Below, one piece after another: positions 49,207 to 58,181 of a DNA stretch of 64,000 nucleotides. The stretch's first letter is position 1; the number at the start of each line of letters is the position of its first letter. The stretch comes from Myxococcota bacterium (GTDB taxonomy: Bacteria; Myxococcota_A; Polyangia; Nannocystales; Nannocystaceae), in NCBI GenBank assembly GCA_039028615.1, contig JBCCHT010000013.1:128001-192000 (forward strand), in the 5' to 3' direction. The translations under genes were made by a program, and so were the position numbers. Below the pieces are notes generated by a model that saw only the letters and a program-made list of their open reading frames with translations, ran no database searches and was not told the origin of the DNA.

Positions 49207-50654
49207 GCCACGCGCGCGCGGGCGCGACGTCCTTGCTGCTGCTGGCGCTGGGATGCCCCACGCCCAAGCCCGTGCTCCCCCAGACCGGAGCCGGGGGCAC
49301 GGCCGACACCACCGACTCCGGCGTCGCCTCCTCGTCATCGACGGGGGCGGGGCCCGAGACGAGCGCGGACACGACCTCGACTGGGGCCGTCGACTCGAGC
49401 ACCACGACCGACCCCGACCCGAGCACCACCGGAGGCACCGACGAGACCGGCAGCACCGACGAGTCGTCCTCGAGCGGCGGTCGGCCGGTCTGCGAGCTGC
49501 CGGACATGGGCTGCACCCCCGCCTCGGCCGAGCCGTGGTGGGACGCGGGCTGGGCCTATCGTCGTCGCATCGAGGTCCTCTCACCGCTCGCGGGGCCGCT
49601 CGACGATGCGGTCGTGGCCATCCGCCTGGACGAAGACTTCGAGCTGGCCTGCGCCGAGTTCTCCGATCCGGCCGACGACCTGCGCTTCGTCGACGGGGCG
49701 GGCCAGCTGCTGTCGCACGAGGTCGAGCGCTGGGAGGCAGGGGAGGGCGCGCTCGTATGGGTTCGCCTGCCCACCCTCCAGGCCGGCGCCAATGACGTGT
49801 GGCTCTACTACGGCGGCGACGCGGCTCCGCCCACGGGAGACGTCTGGCCCGCCTCGCTGTCGCTGCACTCGGTCATGCACTTCGCCGATGACCTCGAGGG
49901 CTCCGGGGGCACGCCCGGGGGCGCGCCCAAGGTCGCGGGCGACCTGTTCTTCATCCCCGGCGTCCTCGGATCTTCGATTCACTTCGAGGACATCCTGATC
50001 AACCGCCGGGTCGAACTGACCAACTCCCAGGCCATCGACGATGCGATCATCGCCGCGGGCGAGTTCACCGTCAGCGCCTGGATCCGCCCGTATCCCGACA
50101 TCGCCGCGCCCAGCCCCTTCAAGAACGTCGTTGGCCGAGGCGACGGTACGTGGGCGCTGTCCGTGTTCGATTCCGAGGGTGCCTTCGACTCGCAGCCCCC
50201 GACCGCCACCTCGTTCTTCACCCACTGCGACGGGATTTCCTTCGATCCCACCGAGTGCGACCCCTCGGTCAACTTCAACAGCAACCATCTGTTGGTGGGC
50301 AGCGTGCCCGTGGTCGAGCACCAGGTGCTCGCCAACTGGCACCACGTGGCCGCGGTCTTCCAGGCCGCGGAGGGGGACGTCCATCAAAAGGACCTGTACG
50401 TCGACGGCCAGCTCGACGCCACGTTCACCGGGCTCCTGCCGCTGGAAGCCGCCGTGTTCGAGTCGCACTCCGTGCCGGTCACCATCGGCACCGGGCCCGA
50501 TGATCCCGACCAGGCGATGTTCCACGGTGAAATCGACGAATTCCACCTCGCATCGATCGCGTGGAGCCCCGAGCGGATCGAAGCCGAGTACGAATTGACT
50601 CGAGAGCCCGGCTCGGAGCCTCGCGTGATCCTCTCGGCGACGCAGTGCCAGTAG
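49197..50654 (+). CDS. Lipoprotein with DUF2341 + LamG-like domains (paralog of the upstream gene)
   Basis: Lipobox ALGC; WWDAGWAYRR; DDLRF..HEVERW..VWVRLP..WLYYG; FTVSAW, WHHVAAV, LYVDG, GEIDEF. Confidence 0.85.
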   Translation: MSLSHARAGATSLLLLALGCPTPKPVLPQTGAGGTADTTDSGVASSSSTGAGPETSADTTSTGAVDSSTTTDPDPSTTGGTDETGSTDESSSSGGRPVCELPDMGCTPASAEPWWDAGWAYRRRIEVLSPLAGPLDDAVVAIRLDEDFELACAEFSDPADDLRFVDGAGQLLSHEVERWEAGEGALVWVRLPTLQAGANDVWLYYGGDAAPPTGDVWPASLSLHSVMHFADDLEGSGGTPGGAPKVAGDLFFIPGVLGSSIHFEDILINRRVELTNSQAIDDAIIAAGEFTVSAWIRPYPDIAAPSPFKNVVGRGDGTWALSVFDSEGAFDSQPPTATSFFTHCDGISFDPTECDPSVNFNSNHLLVGSVPVVEHQVLANWHHVAAVFQAAEGDVHQKDLYVDGQLDATFTGLLPLEAAVFESHSVPVTIGTGPDDPDQAMFHGEIDEFHLASIAWSPERIEAEYELTREPGSEPRVILSATQCQ

Positions 50655-50779
50655 CCTGCCTCTGTGTGCCCGTATTCACAGGGCGTCGAACTTTGTCCTA
50701 TTGAACGTGAATACGTTGAAGAGGGGGGCGTCGGGGTATGCACCGAGCTGGGCGTCGCCGGCTCGGCACGAGGTCCCGC

Positions 50780-51463
50780 ATGCCCACTCTTCGATCCTTC
50801 GCCCGTATCAGCTGCGCTGCCGTCCTCGGACTGGCTGCCGCCGCGTGCTCGTACCCCTTCGCCGTGTCTCCCGGACTCGCCGAGAAGACCGAGGAAATCC
50901 CCGTCGTCAAGCTCGACCGCAAGTCGTGGAACGTCGGGGCCTACGAAGTCCGCGAGATTCGGCGAGGATGGGAGAAGTCCGGGGGGATTTCCATCGGCCC
51001 CGTCTCGGGCAATCAGAAGCAGCGCGACTTCTCGTTTCAGGTAAACCACAGCGGCACCATTCTGCAGGTGCGCTGCGAGCTGAGCTCGGGCTCGAGCGCC
51101 ATCGCTGGCTTCACCGTCAGCGACGGCGAGCAGATGACCTGTGACCTCAACCCCTCCGATGCCTCTGCCGCGTGGAAGGTCATCATCGTGGCTCGTGGCA
51201 CCCGCAACGCCTCCGGGCGGCTGCAGCAGGGCGACAACGAGATGCCCATCGTCTCGGCGCACGGCAGCGGCCACAGTCAATCTCGCGGCTATCTCATCCG
51301 CCAGGAGGGTGATGTCGCCGCCGCCGACGTGCGCGTCGCCACCCGTCGCGTATGGGTCCCCAAAGAAGGCGAGACCAGCTTCAAGGTCGCCTACGTCGGG
51401 GCCGCGGTCACCCTCATGCTCTTCGAGGAGCTGGCCGAGTCCTCGAACCCCTCCTCGTCCTGA
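50780..51463 (+). CDS. Hypothetical lipoprotein
   Basis: Signal with AAAC lipobox; beta-rich mature part. Confidence 0.7.
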   Translation: MPTLRSFARISCAAVLGLAAAACSYPFAVSPGLAEKTEEIPVVKLDRKSWNVGAYEVREIRRGWEKSGGISIGPVSGNQKQRDFSFQVNHSGTILQVRCELSSGSSAIAGFTVSDGEQMTCDLNPSDASAAWKVIIVARGTRNASGRLQQGDNEMPIVSAHGSGHSQSRGYLIRQEGDVAAADVRVATRRVWVPKEGETSFKVAYVGAAVTLMLFEELAESSNPSSS

Positions 51464-51472
51464 AATCGCCCC

Positions 51473-53620
51473 TCAGGGAGCGTTGGGCCCCGCGTCGAGG
51501 CGATCGAGCACGAACGCCAGCGTATCGACCTCGGCGTCGATGCGGTCGCCCACGCGGGGCGAGCCACCGTGGCCTGCCCCTCGTTCGATGCGAAGCAGCG
51601 CATCGGCCCCCGCGTGCTGCATCGCCGCCACGTACTTGCGCGCGTGCATCGGGTCCACGCGGTCGTCGTTGTCCGCCGAGAGCATCAGCAGCGCGGGATA
51701 GTGCCTCTGCGGCCGGACCTTGTGCAGCGGCGAGTAGCCCCACAGCCACCCGAACTGCTCCGGATCCTCCGCCGACCCGTACTCTCCGATCCACGTCGGC
51801 CCGCTGCCGAAGCGATGGAAGCGAATCATGTCGAGCAGCGGCACCGCGCACACCACCGCCCCGAACAGCTCGGGTCGCTGAGTCGACACCGCGCCCACCA
51901 GCAGCCCGCCGTTGGAGCCCCCACGAATCGCCAGCCGTGACGCCTGCGTATAGCCCTCGGCCTGCAGGTACTCCGCCGCCGCGATGAAATCGTCGAACGT
52001 GTTCTGCTTGTTCGCCCGTCGCCCTGCGTCGTGCCACGCCTCGCCGTACTCACCTCCGCCGCGCAGGTTGGGCATCGCCCACACCCCGCCGCGGCCGGCC
52101 CACACCGCCGCCGTGGCCGAGAAGCTCGGCTGCAGCGACACCCCGAAGCCCCCGTAGCCCGTCAGTATGGTGGGGCGGTTGCCGTCCAAAACCACATCGT
52201 CGCGATGCAGCACGAACATGCTGACCGGCGTGCCGTCCCGCGACTCCACGCTGACCTGATGAAGCTCGAGGTGCTCGTCGACCGGCACATCGATCGCCTC
52301 CCAGGTCCTCAGCGTCCCGCTGTCCATCGACAGCGACCCCACCTGTGGCGCGCGGTTCATCGCCCCGTGGTGCACGTACACCACATCCGATTCCGCTCGC
52401 CCCGAGATGGCCGAAATGCTGGTGAACCCGTCGAAGTCGACCTCGTGCACCGCGGCCCCGGACAGCTCGCGAATCTCCAGCGAAGAGCTCGCCTTCTTCA
52501 AGTAGCGAAGCAGCAGCCGTCCGCCGAATACCCCGGCCGATTCCAGCGTGCCGTCTTGCTGTGCCACCACCGTTCGCCAGTGCTCCGGGCTCGGTTGGTC
52601 GGGGTCGACCTCGACCACCCGAAACCGGGGCGCATCGTGGTCGGTGAGGACGAAGTAGCGCCCCTCATGGCTCGACACCGACGCCAGCGCATCGTGCCCG
52701 ACGAACAGGGGGCGCCACGGGACCGCCTCGGTCGTTGCCTCGCGCAGATACACATCCGTCGCCGACCACCCGTGCTGCACGTGAAGCGCCCACGTGCGCC
52801 CCTCGTCGAGCGACTCGACCCCGACGAACGTCGCGGCGTCACCCAAGGGCCCGTAGATGACCTCGTCCTGCGACACTGGAGTCCCGAGCACATGAACCCG
52901 AACCTCGGCGTGTCGGGGCAGCTCGGGCGCGGGGATCGACGGGTCATCGGGCAGCCCCGTATACGCAAACGACCGTCCATCGGCCGCCCAAGCCGCTGCC
53001 GCATAGCGTGCCCCCGCGATCCGATCTGCTCGATCACGCCCCGTATCGACCTCTCGAATGCGTAGCTCGGCCGCGTCGGCCCCATCGAAGCTCCGTAGGT
53101 ACGCCACCAGGCGACCATCGGGGCTCGGCACGAACGCACGCACGCTGATTCGACCGTGCGAGTCCAGCTGCAGCGGATCGAGCACGACCCGCTCGCGCCC
53201 GTCGTCCTCCCGCACGTACCACACCGCATGGTCGTGGCCGGCGGAGCGGCGGGCGAAGAACAACCGCGAGCCGCGATGGACGGGCACTGAAATCGAGTCC
53301 ACGTCGATCAGTGCGCGTAGCTGCTGCGCCAGCTGTTGTCGACGGGGGAGTGCGCTCAGGTCGGCTCGGGCATACTGGTCCTGCGCGTCCATCCACGCCT
53401 GGACCTCGGGTTCATCCACCTCCTCGAGCCATCGATAGGGGTCCGCGACGTCGACCCCATGCATTCGGTCGACGACGTTCTCGCGACGGGTGGAGGGGGG
53501 ACCCTGCCTTCGCACTGCGGCGCATTCATCGACCTCCTTGGTCTCGGCCGTGGGGGGCGTGCAGCTGCCGATTCCAGCCAGCATTGCGGTGAGCATGAGG
53601 CATCGATCGGCGGAACTCAT
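51473..53620 (-). CDS. Prolyl oligopeptidase (S9A)
   Basis: VADPYRWLE, GYGGF, NLRGGGEYG, GGSNGG (catalytic Ser), DDRV (Asp), AGHG (His). Confidence 0.95.
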   Translation of the reverse strand: MSSADRCLMLTAMLAGIGSCTPPTAETKEVDECAAVRRQGPPSTRRENVVDRMHGVDVADPYRWLEEVDEPEVQAWMDAQDQYARADLSALPRRQQLAQQLRALIDVDSISVPVHRGSRLFFARRSAGHDHAVWYVREDDGRERVVLDPLQLDSHGRISVRAFVPSPDGRLVAYLRSFDGADAAELRIREVDTGRDRADRIAGARYAAAAWAADGRSFAYTGLPDDPSIPAPELPRHAEVRVHVLGTPVSQDEVIYGPLGDAATFVGVESLDEGRTWALHVQHGWSATDVYLREATTEAVPWRPLFVGHDALASVSSHEGRYFVLTDHDAPRFRVVEVDPDQPSPEHWRTVVAQQDGTLESAGVFGGRLLLRYLKKASSSLEIRELSGAAVHEVDFDGFTSISAISGRAESDVVYVHHGAMNRAPQVGSLSMDSGTLRTWEAIDVPVDEHLELHQVSVESRDGTPVSMFVLHRDDVVLDGNRPTILTGYGGFGVSLQPSFSATAAVWAGRGGVWAMPNLRGGGEYGEAWHDAGRRANKQNTFDDFIAAAEYLQAEGYTQASRLAIRGGSNGGLLVGAVSTQRPELFGAVVCAVPLLDMIRFHRFGSGPTWIGEYGSAEDPEQFGWLWGYSPLHKVRPQRHYPALLMLSADNDDRVDPMHARKYVAAMQHAGADALLRIERGAGHGGSPRVGDRIDAEVDTLAFVLDRLDAGPNAP

Positions 53621-53827
53621 CGGCGTTAGGGTAGCGGGTCGGGGGGGATTCGTCCTGTTGGTGGGGGGCGAAAACCTTGGGCGAAGGCGGGGCTGGGGAG
53701 CAAATGTGCAGGGCGTAGGGTGTGGTTGCGGGGCGTTTTTTCGCTTAGCGGAGGGGCGAGAATGTTCGGGCAGAGGTGCGAGATTTAGTTTGGCGATGGC
53801 TTGGAATGCTTGGCGAAGGGTCGAGAA

Positions 53828-53981
53828 TGTTCGAACGGGAGGCTTGCCTGTTGACGGCTGGAACCCTCCCCGGACGTGCTCGGCGGCCGTTGCAACTGGG
53901 TGTTTCTCGAAGGTAGTCGGCGGCCGCCTCCGCGCGACCGGGCCCCCTCCATCCTGCGCGGCTTCGCTTCAGCCCTCCCCG
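53828..53981 (+). repeat. 154-bp non-coding repeat, copy 1
   Basis: tgttcgaac...gcctgttgacggctggaaccctccccggacgtgctcggcggccg...ggcttcgcttcagccctccccg; 6 mismatches to copy 2 by manual alignment. Confidence 0.95.
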
Positions 53982-54102
53982 AACTCGAAGTCCCGTTCGA
54001 ACGGTGGTGTGGGTCCTGCTTGGGTGGGGCTGGTTTTACGTGGGGGGTTGAAGAGGTCGGTGCCTGGTGGAGGAGGGGGGACTTGGAGGTGCGCTTGCGG
54101 AG

Positions 54103-54256
54103 TGTTCGAACAGCGGGCTCGCCTGTTGACGGCTGGAACCCTCCCCGGACGTGCTCGGCGGCCGTTGCAACTGGGTGTTTCTCGAAGGTAGTCGGCGGCC
54201 GCCTCCGCGCGACCGGGCCCCCTCCATCCTACTCGGCTTCGCTTCAGCCCTCCCCG
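54103..54256 (+). repeat. 154-bp non-coding repeat, copy 2 (direct, 275-bp period)
   Basis: Near-identical to 53828-53981. Confidence 0.95.
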
Positions 54257-54424
54257 CGGCACTGGCTCCCGAGCGGGCGGTTGTGTCATGAGGTGCTCGG
54301 GGGGCGTCGTTGAATTTTTGGGGCGTCGTGGGTGGGGAGCCGGTCGGAACTCGGGAATGAGGCAGTTTGGATTGAGACCTCTGCGAGGAGCGCCGGTGTA
54401 GGGGGCGGCGCCGTGCTAACGTCG

Positions 54425-55138
54425 ATGACGGTGGTTGGGATTCGGGATGGGGCGGTGGTCGTGGTGAGCGTCGTTGTTGGGGTGAGTGGGTGCGGGTCCG
54501 AGGGACCACCAAATCTGATGCCGCAGTCGCCTTATTGCGAACCGGAGGAAGTCGTCGTCGAACTCGATGAGCAGACTCCGCTGGCAGTCAGCCCGCGCGA
54601 TGTGCTCGACCGCGTCTCGGGAACGATGGAGGGGGAACTCGTTTGGTCCGGGGGCGGGGAGGGGGTTGAACTCGGGTTGAGTACCGAGGCGTCGACTTCG
54701 CCGATGACGCTCGAGGTCACCTACGAAGGCGGCTCGATGATTTTCCTCGATCAGGAATTGGTCGAGCCGGAAGGGCAGGTCAATGAAGTCGCAGTGACAT
54801 GTCCGGACCGATTGACCATCGAAGTCGTCGTGTCGTTGACCGCATCGGACGGAACATTGGCGGAGGCATGGACCTCATCGCTCATTGTCGACGCCGATCC
54901 CCAAACGGGCGCCCCCTCCGACCCGAGCCTGGCTGTCGACACCCCCTTCGCGTCACTGCACGGGACCCTGTCCGTGACGGAAATCGAACCCGACACCTGG
55001 TCGGTCTCAAACAACCTCCGCATACAGGCGGCCTTCTCCACTGGCAGTTCGTCCGGACATCTCCAAGTCGCCGTAACCGACCCGGAGGGCACCGTACGAC
55101 TAGCAGAACTCGGTTCCTGGCAAACCCTGCCCCCGTGA
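54425..55138 (+). CDS. Orphan acidic lipoprotein bracketed by the repeats
   Basis: VVVVSVVVGVSGC lipobox; beta-rich acidic mature domain; more A/T-ending codons than typical genes in the window. Confidence 0.7.
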   Translation: MTVVGIRDGAVVVVSVVVGVSGCGSEGPPNLMPQSPYCEPEEVVVELDEQTPLAVSPRDVLDRVSGTMEGELVWSGGGEGVELGLSTEASTSPMTLEVTYEGGSMIFLDQELVEPEGQVNEVAVTCPDRLTIEVVVSLTASDGTLAEAWTSSLIVDADPQTGAPSDPSLAVDTPFASLHGTLSVTEIEPDTWSVSNNLRIQAAFSTGSSSGHLQVAVTDPEGTVRLAELGSWQTLPP

Positions 55139-55174
55139 CAGTGCCCCCAGAGAGCCTCCCCGCGAACTCACCAA

Positions 55175-55240
55175 GAGCACACTCGCGAAGGCTTCCAGCC
55201 ACGACTCGGAGTAGGCACGCGAGCCCTCCGTTCAACACTC
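55175..55240 (-). repeat. Decayed partial copy of the repeat's 5' end
   Basis: Minus strand gagtgttgaacggagggctcgc...ggctggaagccttcgcgagtgtgctc versus copy 2 gagtgttcgaacagcgggctcgc...ggctggaaccctccccggacgtgctc. Confidence 0.55.
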
Positions 55241-55294
55241 CAACCCACCACCCAACCCACATCCGCACCTCCCCTCGAACGGAAGCCGAAGCCC

Positions 55295-55448
55295 CGGGGA
55301 GGGCTGAAGCGAAGCCGCGTAGGATGGAGGGGGCCCGGTCGCGCGGAGGCGGCCGCCGACTACCTTCGAGAAACACTCGCGTGTCTCGGCCGCCGAGCAC
55401 GTCCGGGGAGGGTTCCAGCCGTCAACAGGCGAGTCTCCCGTTCGAACA
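55295..55448 (-). repeat. 154-bp non-coding repeat, copy 3 (inverted)
   Basis: Reverse complement aligns ungapped to copy 1 with ~10 mismatches, 7 of them in one 10-nt patch. Confidence 0.95.
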
Positions 55449-55642
55449 TCCTCAACCGCTCGCAAAGCACTCCAACCCATCACCCAAGCCAGCCCCGCGC
55501 CTCCCTCCGACCCAAGAGCAGCACCCCGCGAAGGCCTAAAGCAAAGCCACGACGAACAACGACGCCGTTTCCACCTCAAACAGACGAGCCCGTCACTCGA
55601 CCACATTCCACCACGTGCCTCAGCAAGAACCGCCAGCAGACC

Positions 55643-57352
55643 TCAACTCTCGAGCTCCGCCAAAATCCCCTCAACCCGAACCTGCTCCCGCCGCCTCCCC
55701 GGCACCAACTCCAAGTACCGCCGATAGTGCACCCGAGCCTGCTCCGGATTCCCCAGCTCCCGCTCGATATCCCCAAGCAATCGATGCAACTGCCCGAGAT
55801 CCGGCGCCAACGCCAACGCCACCTGAGCCGACCACCGCGCCCGCTCCGGCAACCCCCGCCCCAGCATCACCCGTGCATGGTCAATCGCATCGATCGCCTC
55901 CTGATAGTCCCGATACTCCTCACTGTAGAGCAGCGGATCCGCCGGGAGGTCATCGAGCGGCGCTGAAGGCCCATCGTTGCGCCCCAGCGTGCGGGAAAGG
56001 TCGATCGCCTGAAAGCGCCCCAGCGTCGAGGGCCCCTCGGCCACCCACATGACCATCGCCGTCGCATCGACCACCACCGAGTGCGTCGTGGCCATGTTCT
56101 CGAGCGCGTTGCGATTGCCCAGCCCGAGCTCCTGCTCGCCCTTGCCCCGCCGGTCTCGAAGCACGGCCACCGCCCGGTTCGCGTCGATGGGCTCCCCCGT
56201 GGTCAGCAGCTCCTCGAGCCGGTCGTAGCGATAGCCCGACGAGGTGTAGCGCCGCACCCAGTCGTTCTGCAGGTCGCTCTCGAACGCCTCGTCCACCATG
56301 TGGTCGGTCGCCCAGACGATGTTCTCGTCCTCGCCCCGCACCACACGACGGTTCTCCCGGTCCCGCGGCGCCGCCTCGAGCACCAGCGCCTTGCGCCGCA
56401 TGCCGTCGCCGATGAGCACGATGCCCGAGCTGCGCAGCTCGGCCTCGCGAATGATCTCGACGGCGCGGTCGAGGGTGTCGGCCTGCTCGAGCACGGTGCG
56501 GAGCACCAGGGGCAGGGGAGCGCCTTCCTCGGGCGGATCGTCGGTGCGCGCCGGATCCAAGGCGACGAAGATGCCCCGCGCATTGATCCCGGTGACGACG
56601 CCCATGAGGCCGGACCACCCCACGGAGGCGAAGGGGTAGCGACCGTCGGGATGATGGAAGGTCACCAGGCGGTCGGCCTCGAAGTCGCGGCCGAGGTCGA
56701 AGCTCAGGGTGCGGCCGATGATGAGGTTGCCCGGCTCGCCCGTGGAGGTGCGCTTGGGGGCGGCGGCGAACATCGTGCCACCGAGCAGGACGTCGTCGAG
56801 GCGCTGCCCGAGCCCGTACACGCACTGGTACAGGAACATGCGGTGGTAGCTGCTGATCCGGTCGTCCTCGTCGGCGGGGAGGGCTTCGGCCATGGCGGCC
56901 AGCTCCTGCCGATGTTCTTCGTCGAGGTATCGATCGGCGCCGCGATAGTCCCAGCGCAGCACCATGGCGGCGGTCCATTGTTCGAGCCAGGCGGCGTAGC
57001 GTCGCTCGAGCATGTCGCGGACGCGATCGTCGAGCTGGCGGAAGAGGCGCTCGGTGAGCCGGCCGCGGGCGTCGCCGAGCTCGACCGGCGAGCCCTCGAG
57101 GTGCAGGCGCCACAGGCGTCCGTCGCGGTCGAGCCAGGAGCGGCCGTAGTTGAGGCGGCGACCGGTGGGGTCGACCTCGAACTCGTAGCGCGGGACCTCG
57201 ACCTGAGGGGCTTCGAGCTCGGTGTAGCTGAGGTAGCCGGAGTACGACAACGCGATGAGCACGAACCCGATCCCCACCAACACCGCGGCGGCGCGGAGGA
57301 GGGCGAAGACGGGGCGACCGGCCGCCCGTGGGGTCGAGGAGAATCGCGCCAT
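55643..57352 (-). CDS. Peptidase C45 / AAT-like Ntn-hydrolase fold protein with N-terminal TM and C-terminal TPR; probably catalytically altered
   Basis: LEGSPVELG..G.L, FASVGWSGLMGVVTGINARGI, RTVLEQADTL, SSGYRYDRL, LGLGNRNAL, TTHSVV; TPR LHRLLGDIERELGNPEQARVHYRRYLEL. Confidence 0.8.
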   Translation of the reverse strand: MARFSSTPRAAGRPVFALLRAAAVLVGIGFVLIALSYSGYLSYTELEAPQVEVPRYEFEVDPTGRRLNYGRSWLDRDGRLWRLHLEGSPVELGDARGRLTERLFRQLDDRVRDMLERRYAAWLEQWTAAMVLRWDYRGADRYLDEEHRQELAAMAEALPADEDDRISSYHRMFLYQCVYGLGQRLDDVLLGGTMFAAAPKRTSTGEPGNLIIGRTLSFDLGRDFEADRLVTFHHPDGRYPFASVGWSGLMGVVTGINARGIFVALDPARTDDPPEEGAPLPLVLRTVLEQADTLDRAVEIIREAELRSSGIVLIGDGMRRKALVLEAAPRDRENRRVVRGEDENIVWATDHMVDEAFESDLQNDWVRRYTSSGYRYDRLEELLTTGEPIDANRAVAVLRDRRGKGEQELGLGNRNALENMATTHSVVVDATAMVMWVAEGPSTLGRFQAIDLSRTLGRNDGPSAPLDDLPADPLLYSEEYRDYQEAIDAIDHARVMLGRGLPERARWSAQVALALAPDLGQLHRLLGDIERELGNPEQARVHYRRYLELVPGRRREQVRVEGILAELES

Positions 57353-57407
57353 GGCGAATGCGGCGGGTATACCTCAGGGTCGAGGACTACCGTATACTCC
57401 GCGCCCG

Positions 57408-58109
57408 ATGCCCATGCGTGCACGCACGATGAGCGGTTGGCTCCTGGCGGGGGCGGTCGTTTGGGGCGTGGCCTGTGAGCCCGAGCGCCCGCCCGCACCC
57501 GAGCGGACTGCGGCTCCCAGCGATCCCAAGGCGGCCCCCGAAGCCGAATCCGAGGCCTTCCTCGAGCCGGGCGCTGCGCCCGCGGTGCTGACCTTTGCGG
57601 GCGACCGCGGGGCCTTCTCCGACAAGGGCAAGGTCGAGGACGTCCCCGAGGAGGCGCGTGGCCTGGTCCGCGTATCGCTGCTCGAGGGACCCCGTGCCCC
57701 GGCGGGCACCGTCTGGGTCACGAACCTGCGCGAGCCCGAAGAGGACGGCCGCTTTCGCCTCCGCACGGTTCCCCGCGACCTGTTCGAAGAGCTGGCGCTG
57801 GGCCAGGGGCGCAGCAGCGAGGTGGCGCTGCCCGAGGGGCTCGAGGCGCCCGAGCAGGTCGCCGTGGCCGACGGGGTCATCGTCTACAAGACGGCGTGGT
57901 GTGGCGTCTGCAAGAAGGTCGAGTCGTACCTGAAGCGCAAGGGCGTCGACTACGAGGCCAAGGACATCGAAAAAGACCGCAGCGCGGCGGCGGAGCTGCA
58001 GGCCAAGGCGAAGACGCAGGGCGTGAAGACGGGCAGCGTGCCCATCATCGACGTGGGCGGTCAGCTCATCGTGGGCTTCGACCGCGCTCGCCTCGAAAAG
58101 CTGCTGTAG
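57408..58109 (+). CDS. Lipoprotein with C-terminal glutaredoxin (NrdH-like) domain
   Basis: Lipobox GVAC; YKTAWCGVCKK, KDIEKD, SVPIIDVGG..IVGFD. Confidence 0.88.
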   Translation: MPMRARTMSGWLLAGAVVWGVACEPERPPAPERTAAPSDPKAAPEAESEAFLEPGAAPAVLTFAGDRGAFSDKGKVEDVPEEARGLVRVSLLEGPRAPAGTVWVTNLREPEEDGRFRLRTVPRDLFEELALGQGRSSEVALPEGLEAPEQVAVADGVIVYKTAWCGVCKKVESYLKRKGVDYEAKDIEKDRSAAAELQAKAKTQGVKTGSVPIIDVGGQLIVGFDRARLEKLL

Positions 58110-58113
58110 GCCC

Positions 58114-58154
58114 AACAAAAATCTCCCACGCCGTCGGACGCGGCGCGGGAGATT
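58114..58154 (-). terminator. Intrinsic terminator of the minus-strand operon ending in the dsbD-like gene
   Basis: Minus strand AATCTCCCGCGCCG-loop-CGGCGTGGGAGATT followed by TTTGTT, between convergent genes. Confidence 0.7.
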
Positions 58155-58181
58155 GAGCGAGCAGAGGCCGAGTGTGGCCGG

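Noticed and set aside
53490..54512. ORFs spanning the repeats (53490-54191, 53876-54313, 54036-54512) and 54799-55606
   Set aside because: They only translate the DNA repeat in various frames and have no protein-like features
53828..55448. Repeats as a CRISPR array or integron attC sites
   Set aside because: Units are 154 bp, few and in both orientations; no cas or integrase gene is present and I could not identify attC-type core sites
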